A DNA stretch of 61,582 nucleotides. Origin: a virus. Shown here in pieces: positions 24,276 to 31,707 of the stretch; position 1 is the stretch's first letter; each line of letters starts with the position of its first letter. The position numbers and the translations under genes were made by a program. Location: positions 1 through 61,582 of IMG/VR virus record IMGVR_UViG_3300045988_102840. One strand, written 5' to 3'. Under the pieces are notes generated by a model, which saw only the letters and a list, made by a program, of their open reading frames with translations, did not search any database and was not told the DNA's origin.

Positions 24276-24429
24276 CATGAAAGAGAATAATATTTTAAAC
24301 AAAGAGATTTATACAGAGGCTATGATAGCAGCTTCTAAGGTTGATTTCCTTGAGAGCAAGGAAGAGATTAAGATGTATGCTACTTCGCTGTATAACGCGA
24401 TGATATGGGGTAGAAAAGTAAAATATTAA
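24247..24429 (+). CDS. hypothetical protein (60 aa)
   Basis: ORF track. Confidence 0.4.
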   Translation: MDLQKLNADNMKENNILNKEIYTEAMIAASKVDFLESKEEIKMYATSLYNAMIWGRKVKY

Positions 24430-24460
24430 GTTTTTTATTTGGTGTTATAGAAATTAGAGG

Positions 24461-24705
24461 TATATTTGCAGCGTTCAACTTTTATCCAAAGGCAAGCGGA
24501 AGCCTGCCATAAGCGGGCATTTTTTATGCTTGCGAGTTTGACGCTACAATATAGTGGCTGCCACCCCCATAGGTATAGTTAATGCTATATCTGCCTTTGG
24601 ATAGGTTGAACAATGGGACAGGGCAGCCTTTTTCTTTGCCCTATCCGAAAAGCCGGATATGGGCAGGCTACCAGCCCTATAATGCCAATAAAGTTCAATA
24701 AATCT
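24461..24705 (+). promoter_or_regulatory. leader A: TAtaTTTG box plus a structured 5' leader closed by a 7+11-bp long-range helix
   Basis: -7 box at 24461-24468. GTTCAACTTTTATCCAAAGGCA (24473-24494) pairs with TGCCTTTGGATAGGTTGAAC (24592-24611). Inner hairpins are present. GTTCAA recurs at 24693-24698, 7 nt before the ATG. Confidence 0.5.
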
Positions 24706-25596
24706 ATGGCACAGTTAAATGGAAATTACTTAAACGGCACAAACATTGCTGTATTGGGTACGTCTGCTCACGAAACGAGCGAAATTATGGTTTACGAACA
24801 CCCTCTATTCGGTAAAGTTCGCATGTTTATAAAAAATGAAAAGGCTTGGTTTTGCGGAATGGATATTGCAACCTCTTTGCAGTATTCAAATACGCGTGAC
24901 GCTATCGCAAGACACTGTAAATCACAGGGCGTCGTGATTCACGACGTCATAGATTCAATGGGAAGAACACAGCAAATGAAGTTTATCAGCGAAGGTAACA
25001 TCTACCGGCTAACCGCCAAAAGCCAAATGCCGAAAGCTGATGAGTTTGAGAGTTGGATATTTGATGATGTTGTCCCGTCAGTAATTAATACCGGGAGCTA
25101 TTCTCTCCAACCCCAACTTCCAAATTTCAATAATCCGGCAGAGTCTGCGCGGGCATGGGCGGACCAATACGAGAAGAACCAAATGCTTTCTTTAGAAGTA
25201 AAGAAGAAAGAAGAGGAAAAACAGGCTATCATAAAGGAAACAAAACCAGCTGTAATATTCAAAGACTGCGTGACTGGCTCAGCTACAAACATTCTTGTAG
25301 GAGACCTCGCAAAACTCATTACCCAAAACGGATATAACATCGGAGAAATAAGGCTTTACGACTGGATGGTAGAGAACAAATACCTTATCAGAAAGCAAAG
25401 ATACAGCAAGTCGAAGGATAAATACATAAATGACTATATGCCCACACAGCGGGCTATCGAAATGGGATTGTTCTTTGTAAGGGAAAGACCCATAGTGTCA
25501 GGTGATAGTCCCATATTCATAAAACATACATGTTATGTGACCGGGAGAGGACAAGTATATTTCTTGAATAAGTTTAAAACATTAATAGGAGCATAA
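24706..25596 (+). CDS. Bro-N domain plus KilAC antirepressor domain protein
   Basis: ORF track gives 24613..25596. I moved the start to Met32 (MAQLNGNY). FGKVRMFIKNEKAWFCGMDIATSLQYSNTRDAI...EFESWIFDDVVPSV is Bro-N. The C-terminus is homologous to that of 14139..14951. Confidence 0.75.
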   Translation: MAQLNGNYLNGTNIAVLGTSAHETSEIMVYEHPLFGKVRMFIKNEKAWFCGMDIATSLQYSNTRDAIARHCKSQGVVIHDVIDSMGRTQQMKFISEGNIYRLTAKSQMPKADEFESWIFDDVVPSVINTGSYSLQPQLPNFNNPAESARAWADQYEKNQMLSLEVKKKEEEKQAIIKETKPAVIFKDCVTGSATNILVGDLAKLITQNGYNIGEIRLYDWMVENKYLIRKQRYSKSKDKYINDYMPTQRAIEMGLFFVRERPIVSGDSPIFIKHTCYVTGRGQVYFLNKFKTLIGA

Positions 25597-25598
25597 TT

Positions 25599-26444
25599 AT
25601 GAAAAGAGATGCAAGAACTCCGTTTTATGACATTATGTGCAGGGTAGAAGAAGATTGTACCTTAGCTATCTATTTTAATAAAGTTATTAACGAACTCGAT
25701 ATAGTAAAGATATTATTTGCTCCAAAAACATTTGAAGATACCAAGGAAGAAAATAGAGACTTTGCTGAACGGTTTTATCAGAGTTGTTTATGGGAACTGT
25801 GGTTTTATCGCTCTTTATCAAGGCTTCATGAATGGGATGATACCCTCAATAAATACTTTTCTGAATACGAAGGGAAGTGGAAATTTTATGCTTGTTCAAA
25901 AAGGATTGAATCTATCAACGAATATGGAGGTGAAGAATCAGATTACAATGAGGACGGCAGCATAAGAACTTTAAACCTAACCGAAGATGATTTGAGACAT
26001 CATACAGCTCTTGGTGAAATGGTGCAAGATGATTGGAGGGATATTGTGCAAGAAACTACCTGTGCCGATTTACAGTACATGATTTCTTGTTTGAAAACTC
26101 ATGCAAGTTTTTCTTTATCCGATGCTTTTAAGGAATGTTTCGGAAAAGAAATTGCTACTTATAAGCAAGATGAAAACGGCAATATGGTTCCAATGAGTTT
26201 TGCGGATAAGGCTATGGATAAGGCAGTAGAGCAATATACGGCTGACGGAATGGCTATTGGTATTACATTGGTTTGCAAATTTATCCAACGCATAATCAGG
26301 GATATTAGGGCAATGGATAAGTTCAGTGACAATAGAGACAAACTTATCCAAATACACAAGGACGTAAGAAATATCCTTGATTTTAACCTCGATGAAGTTT
26401 CCTATGTAGAGGAAATGCTCGAAGAGGAACGTAAAAACAAATAA
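25599..26444 (+). CDS. hypothetical protein (281 aa)
   Basis: ORF track, with acidic helical composition. Confidence 0.6.
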   Translation: MKRDARTPFYDIMCRVEEDCTLAIYFNKVINELDIVKILFAPKTFEDTKEENRDFAERFYQSCLWELWFYRSLSRLHEWDDTLNKYFSEYEGKWKFYACSKRIESINEYGGEESDYNEDGSIRTLNLTEDDLRHHTALGEMVQDDWRDIVQETTCADLQYMISCLKTHASFSLSDAFKECFGKEIATYKQDENGNMVPMSFADKAMDKAVEQYTADGMAIGITLVCKFIQRIIRDIRAMDKFSDNRDKLIQIHKDVRNILDFNLDEVSYVEEMLEEERKNK

Positions 26445-26574
26445 CATCAAGCTTTGCTCGCTTTATAAACGAGGTGGGCAAGCTTTATTCAATTCGTTCC
26501 CAAACTACAAAATTATAGTTTGGCTGATTTACAACGAATTACATTTTAAATAAAAGACTAAACAAATATTCATC

Positions 26575-26808
26575 ATGGAAAGAAATACAACACCCGCTAA
26601 GAAGAAATACGACCTTAGCGCAATAGACGAATTATTCAAAGACTGCATATCTCCCGAAGAATTACGGGAAGAGCTTATTGAACTGGCTTTTGATTATGTG
26701 CAATACGTAGATGACGGGAATACAGATTTTGTCAAATCGAACATGAGCACCATATATGTATTGTGCTGTGCCCTACAAAAAGCAAAAGAATTAGAGACAC
26801 CAAGCTAA
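26575..26808 (+). CDS. hypothetical protein (77 aa)
   Basis: ORF track. It is the last + strand gene before the convergent junction. Confidence 0.5.
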   Translation: MERNTTPAKKKYDLSAIDELFKDCISPEELREELIELAFDYVQYVDDGNTDFVKSNMSTIYVLCCALQKAKELETPS

Positions 26809-26940
26809 TGCCCTCGCCAAAACGGCAAGCGGTATAACCCAATGGAGAACCCGTTCAAAGCGTTCTAAACGTTCCATTGGATAACCCGGAAAAGGCGGCA
26901 ATAGTCCATGTAAAGGACATTGTCCGCCAATTCAAGCAGT

Positions 26941-27111
26941 TCATCTATGTAATCCTTTTTTCGCATCACGTTCAAGTTTTCTACGTTGTTGGCGGTTTAT
27001 ATCATTTGCTATGGCAAGACTGTTCAGCGTCTCTTTCTGTTCGGGAGAAAGCATGTTATATACTTCTTCCCGTGATTTGCCTGATAAAATGGCTTGTACT
27101 ATTTTCCACAT
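26941..27111 (-). CDS. hypothetical 56-aa protein
   Basis: Read by hand: MWKIVQAILSGKSREEVYNMLSPEQKETLNSLAIANDINRQQRRKLERDAKKGLHR. Its ATG overlaps the stop of 27099..27521. Confidence 0.4.
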   Translation of the reverse strand: MWKIVQAILSGKSREEVYNMLSPEQKETLNSLAIANDINRQQRRKLERDAKKGLHR

Positions 27112-27521
27112 AAGCTACGTCTACAATGTTCACACAAAAATTTCTTCGCTACCGGGAACATCTTCTGTCCCACATATCCGCTAAGGTACTGCGCCTCTTC
27201 CCCGTATGGGTCGATGCCGAACACCCGTGAGATATGCCGGCATAGATGCCCCTTTTCATGGTCGAAAGAGTTCTGAAACTCTGCCGGGGAAGAAGTAAGG
27301 GCTATAACCATTACGGTTTGCCTGTTTCGGATATTGGAGTAAGTGATACCCGTATTCAGATTGCAGGAGCGCATGTTCTTATAGGCATTCACCAAATCCA
27401 GCCCCCTGCATCCAACCCGCCGAAGGTCGGCGATGATACGGTCGGTATAATAGCAGTCCACCGCATAATATACACGCACTTCCCAATCATAATCCGGTAT
27501 GTAAAATTCCTGTATTATCAT
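27099..27521 (-). CDS. hypothetical protein with HExxH motif (putative Zn-metallopeptidase-like)
   Basis: FDHEKGHLCRH contains HExxH. 140 aa. Confidence 0.5.
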   Translation of the reverse strand: MIIQEFYIPDYDWEVRVYYAVDCYYTDRIIADLRRVGCRGLDLVNAYKNMRSCNLNTGITYSNIRNRQTVMVIALTSSPAEFQNSFDHEKGHLCRHISRVFGIDPYGEEAQYLSGYVGQKMFPVAKKFLCEHCRRSLCGK

Positions 27522-27524
27522 AGG

Positions 27525-27944
27525 CTACATCATCTGTTCCCACATAATAGGATTGCCGGAGCCTATGCAGTCGGCATAGAACCGCGTGAAAGGCATTCCA
27601 TTGTAAGCGTCCACATCATCTATGTAATCCTTAATGAACAATGCGAGATGGGCTTCGTCAGTGATAGAACTTTTGTAGTAATCCGACTTCGCCATGTTTG
27701 CCACGTAAACGCTGTCGTACCCTGCATCCTTCTCCAGGTTTATACTGTACTTTTTAAGAAGTTCCTCTACCTGTTCTTTGCTGATTGGTTCAAGTTTTTC
27801 CTCCTTGCCCGTAGATTTGTTTTCCATCTTCATGCGGGAAACAGCCCATAGGCACATCTTCTTGCTGAAATGCCATCCGTACTGGCTGAGATAATCAGCC
27901 ATTGCAGGCGGTATTCTGTCGTATGTATCTAATCTTTGTTTCAT
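27525..27944 (-). CDS. hypothetical protein (139 aa)
   Basis: ORF track, protein-like. From memory it resembles a conserved unknown-function family seen on phages and plasmids. Confidence 0.6.
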   Translation of the reverse strand: MKQRLDTYDRIPPAMADYLSQYGWHFSKKMCLWAVSRMKMENKSTGKEEKLEPISKEQVEELLKKYSINLEKDAGYDSVYVANMAKSDYYKSSITDEAHLALFIKDYIDDVDAYNGMPFTRFYADCIGSGNPIMWEQMM

Positions 27945-27995
27945 ATTTTCCTGATTTTAAGTGATTGGCAAAAGAGGGGAATAATCCCCTCTCCA

Positions 27996-28328
27996 TTACA
28001 TGAACTCTCCGTTGGCGCGTCTGCGTCTGCGTTCGCCCATATCATCACCGTAAAGCTGTGAATCGCGGCGTTCGTTGTAAACCGGATATTCCGGGAAGTA
28101 ACCCGGCATGCGGCGTTCGCCCATATCTGAGCCGCCGCTATAGCTTCCACCGCGTGAACCACCGCTGTTACGATAGCCCATTTCACCGCCCTGCATCTCA
28201 CGCATGGCTTTCTCGTAACCATGACGACAACCCTCTCTATAGGCTTCTTCCATAGGATTACCGCCTCTCATACCGAAGTCACGGTCATATTCTCCGCGTC
28301 CTTCTTCCAATATTTCCCACATTCCCAT
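27996..28328 (-). CDS. Gly/Arg/Glu/Met-rich low-complexity protein (110 aa)
   Basis: ORF track gives 27996..28358. I moved the start to Met11 (MGMWEILEEG), just after the upstream stop. Repeated MGERR / GGxxG units. Confidence 0.5.
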   Translation of the reverse strand: MGMWEILEEGRGEYDRDFGMRGGNPMEEAYREGCRHGYEKAMREMQGGEMGYRNSGGSRGGSYSGGSDMGERRMPGYFPEYPVYNERRDSQLYGDDMGERRRRRANGEFM

Positions 28329-28329
28329 A

Positions 28330-28872
28330 TTATTTCTTTGTTTTAGATGTTTCAGCAACTCCGAGCTGTTCCATAAGCCGTTTGTTCAATTCCATAAGGT
28401 CGGACATGTTCTTGCTCATTTCCGCCATTTGCCCTTTCAGAGATGATATTTCCTGCTCCTGACGTTGTTTCTCTGCAAATTCGGGGTTCAAGAGCGTCAG
28501 CATCTTGTCACATCCCGCAATGACGGAATTGTGGAAGTCCATGCTATTGATAATGTCTATGCTTTTCTGCTTCATAGAAGCGACCTCGTTGTTCATCGCA
28601 TCACGAGAGCATGACACTACGATATTGCCGTTCTGTCCGAAGTCGGCTATATCCATGCCGGCAGGTAGATTTTGGAAAGTAGTGTTCTGCCCGTTGATAC
28701 AGACAACGACATCCACAACCATTTCCATTTGGGGCAACTGTCCCATAGGGGATGCCATAGGATATTTCGGCTTGGGAGCGGAAACGCTGACTACCGGACC
28801 GTATTCGATAAACGGATTAGCATCCTTATGAAGTATATACAACTGGTTATTGGTACGAAGTGATTGAAACAT
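28330..28872 (-). CDS. hypothetical protein (180 aa, C-terminal coiled coil)
   Basis: ORF track. Confidence 0.6.
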   Translation of the reverse strand: MFQSLRTNNQLYILHKDANPFIEYGPVVSVSAPKPKYPMASPMGQLPQMEMVVDVVVCINGQNTTFQNLPAGMDIADFGQNGNIVVSCSRDAMNNEVASMKQKSIDIINSMDFHNSVIAGCDKMLTLLNPEFAEKQRQEQEISSLKGQMAEMSKNMSDLMELNKRLMEQLGVAETSKTKK

Positions 28873-28938
28873 ATTGGTTTGATTTTAAAAGGGTGTGGCT
28901 ATTTCCATTTTGGAAACAACCACAAAGCCCCATGTTAA

Positions 28939-29361
28939 CTACTTGCTCTTTTGAGCGGTTGCTTCTGCTGTCGGAGTCGGTGTTGATGCGGTTGTCGGAC
29001 GATACCCACCGTTAACAAGGAACAGTTCGTTGGTGTACTTGTTATAGTGAATTTCGTAGATACCCGTTCCGGCAAGGTTGCCGACAGTCACCGGCTCATT
29101 GTTGTAAGCCAGCAACGGTCTTGTATCCCCGTTAGTCCCTATCAGTATCGGGAGTGTAGCAGTCGTACCGGCAGGTATTGCCTGGCGGAGACTGACATAG
29201 AAACCGCCTACATAGCTTCTGTTACGGAACGCATGGTTAGGAAGTTCCAAAGTCACGTTCTCCGTGCCGACCGTTACGGCTACCGTAGGAAGGGTATTGA
29301 AATTAGCCCTTCCAATAGTAGGGAACAAGAAAGGAAATCCTGTAAAAAAGTTAGGCCACAT
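28939..29361 (-). CDS. hypothetical beta-rich protein (140 aa, Thr/Pro-rich tail)
   Basis: ORF track. Confidence 0.6.
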   Translation of the reverse strand: MWPNFFTGFPFLFPTIGRANFNTLPTVAVTVGTENVTLELPNHAFRNRSYVGGFYVSLRQAIPAGTTATLPILIGTNGDTRPLLAYNNEPVTVGNLAGTGIYEIHYNKYTNELFLVNGGYRPTTASTPTPTAEATAQKSK

Positions 29362-29384
29362 AATTACCCCCTTTCTTACCGGAA

Positions 29385-30368
29385 TTAACCCCAGTAGTTG
29401 TTACAACCACAACCGCCACGTCCATACATTGCATCACCGGCGTAAGCACCGAAAGCCGCAGCACGGAAACAGTCTGTGTTGATGGCTTGAATATTAGGGT
29501 AAACAACCGGAACGGTGTTAGGCATCTTGCATTTTATTCCATCGACATCGGACTGCAATGCCTGCAAGCCTGCTGCCAAAGGAGCAATCTGTTGTCCTAC
29601 TGAATTCAGGATAGTAGCATTCTGGTTACGTTGGGAGATTTCAGCAGTCAAAGTGGCTTTTTCTGCTGTAAGAGCCGCAATCTTGTCCTGCAATGCCTGG
29701 TTCTGCATAGCGTCCAACTTCGCAAGGATAGCATTGGTATTGGCGGTCGCACCGTCACGCAATGAAAGAGCATTCTGATTGGCCGTGTTGACAAGCGCGT
29801 TGGTCTGATTGCACATCGCAAGCTGGTTCTCATAGCCCATTGTGGTAATGGCGTTCTGAGTCTTGCAGCAGCAATCTGCAATCTGAGTAAGAACAGCCTG
29901 ATTTCCGGACTGGAATGCGTTGATGATTTGCTGGCTTGACATGCCCACCTGATTTCCTACATTGGCGATAAGTCCCTGGATGTTGCACAGGGCGCTCTGT
30001 AACTGTTGGGTAGAGCAGTTCAAAGAAGAAGCAAGCTGGTTGATGGCATTGCCATTGCCCTGAATGGCTGACATCAGGTATTCACGACCGACATCACCGT
30101 TAAGCTCGGCAGGCAGACCGCCACCATTGCCAAAGCGGTTGCCAAAGCCGTTGCCGCCCCAACAGAACCACAAAAGGATAATCCAGATGAACCACCACGA
30201 GCCGCCCCATTGGTCTTGGCTGCCACGTCCCTGGTTCAGTAAAGCGAGAAGTCCGGGGTCTACACCCTTGCTTCCCATCAAGTTGGGCAACATAGCCATG
30301 ATGTCGAATTTGCTTCCGCCACCATTTCCGTTGTTCCCGTCTTGATTGAAGACATACGTTCTTTCCAT
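29385..30368 (-). CDS. Asn/Gln/Gly-rich membrane protein with Trp-rich TM helix and Cys-rich C-terminus (327 aa)
   Basis: Contains GGSWWFIWIILLWFCWGGNGFGNRFGNGGG, long N/Q/A-rich coiled-coil-like repeats, and ends ...YGRGGCGCNNYWG. Confidence 0.6.
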   Translation of the reverse strand: MERTYVFNQDGNNGNGGGSKFDIMAMLPNLMGSKGVDPGLLALLNQGRGSQDQWGGSWWFIWIILLWFCWGGNGFGNRFGNGGGLPAELNGDVGREYLMSAIQGNGNAINQLASSLNCSTQQLQSALCNIQGLIANVGNQVGMSSQQIINAFQSGNQAVLTQIADCCCKTQNAITTMGYENQLAMCNQTNALVNTANQNALSLRDGATANTNAILAKLDAMQNQALQDKIAALTAEKATLTAEISQRNQNATILNSVGQQIAPLAAGLQALQSDVDGIKCKMPNTVPVVYPNIQAINTDCFRAAAFGAYAGDAMYGRGGCGCNNYWG

Positions 30369-30441
30369 AGAGATTTATATTTTGTATTACGGTCAAAATC
30401 AACCGCATCACAAAAGTATAAATACCGATACTGCCATGAAA

Positions 30442-30735
30442 TCAGTTGTTTCCCAACGCTTTCCTAATGTTTTCCCAATATATTCTCAACATTTTCCCGC
30501 CTTCCATACGTTCCTGGAAATTGGAAATCATGTAGTTTATCGCGCGTTTGGTCTTGTGAATTTTAGGAGCTATCTGTGAAGGGTACATTCCCCTTTCAAC
30601 AAGCAACTGTACAAGCAGATAGCGGGCGTCTACGGTTTCCGTATCCTTATCCGAAGATAGTATTCGGCTGGCGGGTATTTCGGTCTCCTGCGCCACTAGA
30701 TTGATTGTTTCGGCAAAGATTTCTGACTTACACAT
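30442..30735 (-). CDS. small DnaA-domain-IV-like HTH protein (putative regulator)
   Basis: INLVAQETEIPASRILSSDKDTETVDARYLLVQLLVERGMYPSQIAPKIHKTKRAINYMISNFQER follows the DnaA C-terminal HTH pattern. Confidence 0.45.
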   Translation of the reverse strand: MCKSEIFAETINLVAQETEIPASRILSSDKDTETVDARYLLVQLLVERGMYPSQIAPKIHKTKRAINYMISNFQERMEGGKMLRIYWENIRKALGNN

Positions 30736-30799
30736 AGTTTTTCTGAATTTTATATTTATCTTTGCCCTGCCACATAAAATATTTAATTATATACGAACA

Positions 30800-30861
30800 A
30801 AGCATAAGATACCGTGTTGAAGATATTAAAGCCTCCAACGTGCGGTGTCTTATGCTTTTTT
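30800..30861. terminator. long hairpin plus T6 (intrinsic terminator, possibly bidirectional)
   Basis: AAGCATAAGATACCG (30800-30814) pairs with CGGTGTCTTATGCTT (30843-30857), then TTTTTT. It is nested in an outer inverted repeat GCCACATAAAA/TTTTTATGTGGC (30769-30779/30866-30877). Confidence 0.55.
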
Positions 30862-30969
30862 CAAATTTTTATGTGGCAATAATTATTTGAACGTTGGGGG
30901 CTTTCTTTTTACTCTAAGCCCCGAAAGAGTGTCAGCTACAAGCCAACTTCTACATCGTTAATTTCTTTC

Positions 30970-31431
30970 TTACCATACAAATAGATTATAACTTATTCCT
31001 GCGCCTACGTACATGCCGCCTGGATACCCATACCCAGCCTGCAACCCTAATCCCCAACGTTTCTTTTTTGGCTTGATGGGAACCGGATGGTAGACGTCAT
31101 TCGTCACCGTCTGATAAACCGTCTTCGGATACACAGTCATACTATCCAGCCGTGGGTCTACATATCCGCTCACCACCGCACGGTACAGGCTATCTTCATA
31201 CACAACCCGTTTGCGATGAAGCAAGGTGTCACCTATACGTACTGTGTCATTCGGCAATATCTGCCAAAAGACCGCTATCGGTGCGGAGATAAGAACCGTA
31301 TCAAGTTTGACAACCGTCTGTATCTTTGTTTCGGTACGTATTTCTGCCGGCAAAGGCTCGTGCGGACGGAACAACGCCGCCACACAAGCGATTGCCAGCA
31401 ATACAACTAATAGCCAGGGTAGTTTTTTCAT
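30970..31431 (-). CDS. putative lipoprotein with OM-like C-terminal strand (spanin-like or lysis-associated?)
   Basis: ORF track gives 30970..31509. I moved the start to Met27 (MKKLPWLLVVLLAIAC, a lipobox-like signal). It ends ..GAGISYNLFVW. The ATGA junction couples it to the upstream 2-TM ORF. Confidence 0.5.
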   Translation of the reverse strand: MKKLPWLLVVLLAIACVAALFRPHEPLPAEIRTETKIQTVVKLDTVLISAPIAVFWQILPNDTVRIGDTLLHRKRVVYEDSLYRAVVSGYVDPRLDSMTVYPKTVYQTVTNDVYHPVPIKPKKKRWGLGLQAGYGYPGGMYVGAGISYNLFVW

Positions 31432-31634
31432 AACCTCAACAAATAATGATTTACAACCATACCTGCACATATTGCGGCAACTCCATACAGCAAGTCTGCT
31501 TTGTTCCACTTGCCGTTATAGTAGTGGCAACGGTCGCTGTTCTCCTTGATAAAGAGCATCAGCAGTGCAGTACTGCCACCGAATACTATGGCGGTGGATA
31601 GATAGACCACCGCACCTAAGATGTTATTTCTCAT
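31428..31634 (-). CDS. small two-TM membrane protein (holin-like)
   Basis: ORF track. 68 aa with two hydrophobic helices. Confidence 0.5.
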   Translation of the reverse strand: MRNNILGAVVYLSTAIVFGGSTALLMLFIKENSDRCHYYNGKWNKADLLYGVAAICAGMVVNHYLLRL

Positions 31635-31707
31635 AACAATTAGTGTATATTTATGATATTAATTTCATCCCGGACCGTGAAGTGCCGGGATGAGTCAGTG
31701 CTTCTCC

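Noticed and set aside
27246-27851. 201-aa + strand ORF
   Set aside because: It is antisense to 27099..27521 and 27525..27944, which have recognisable motifs and operon packing.
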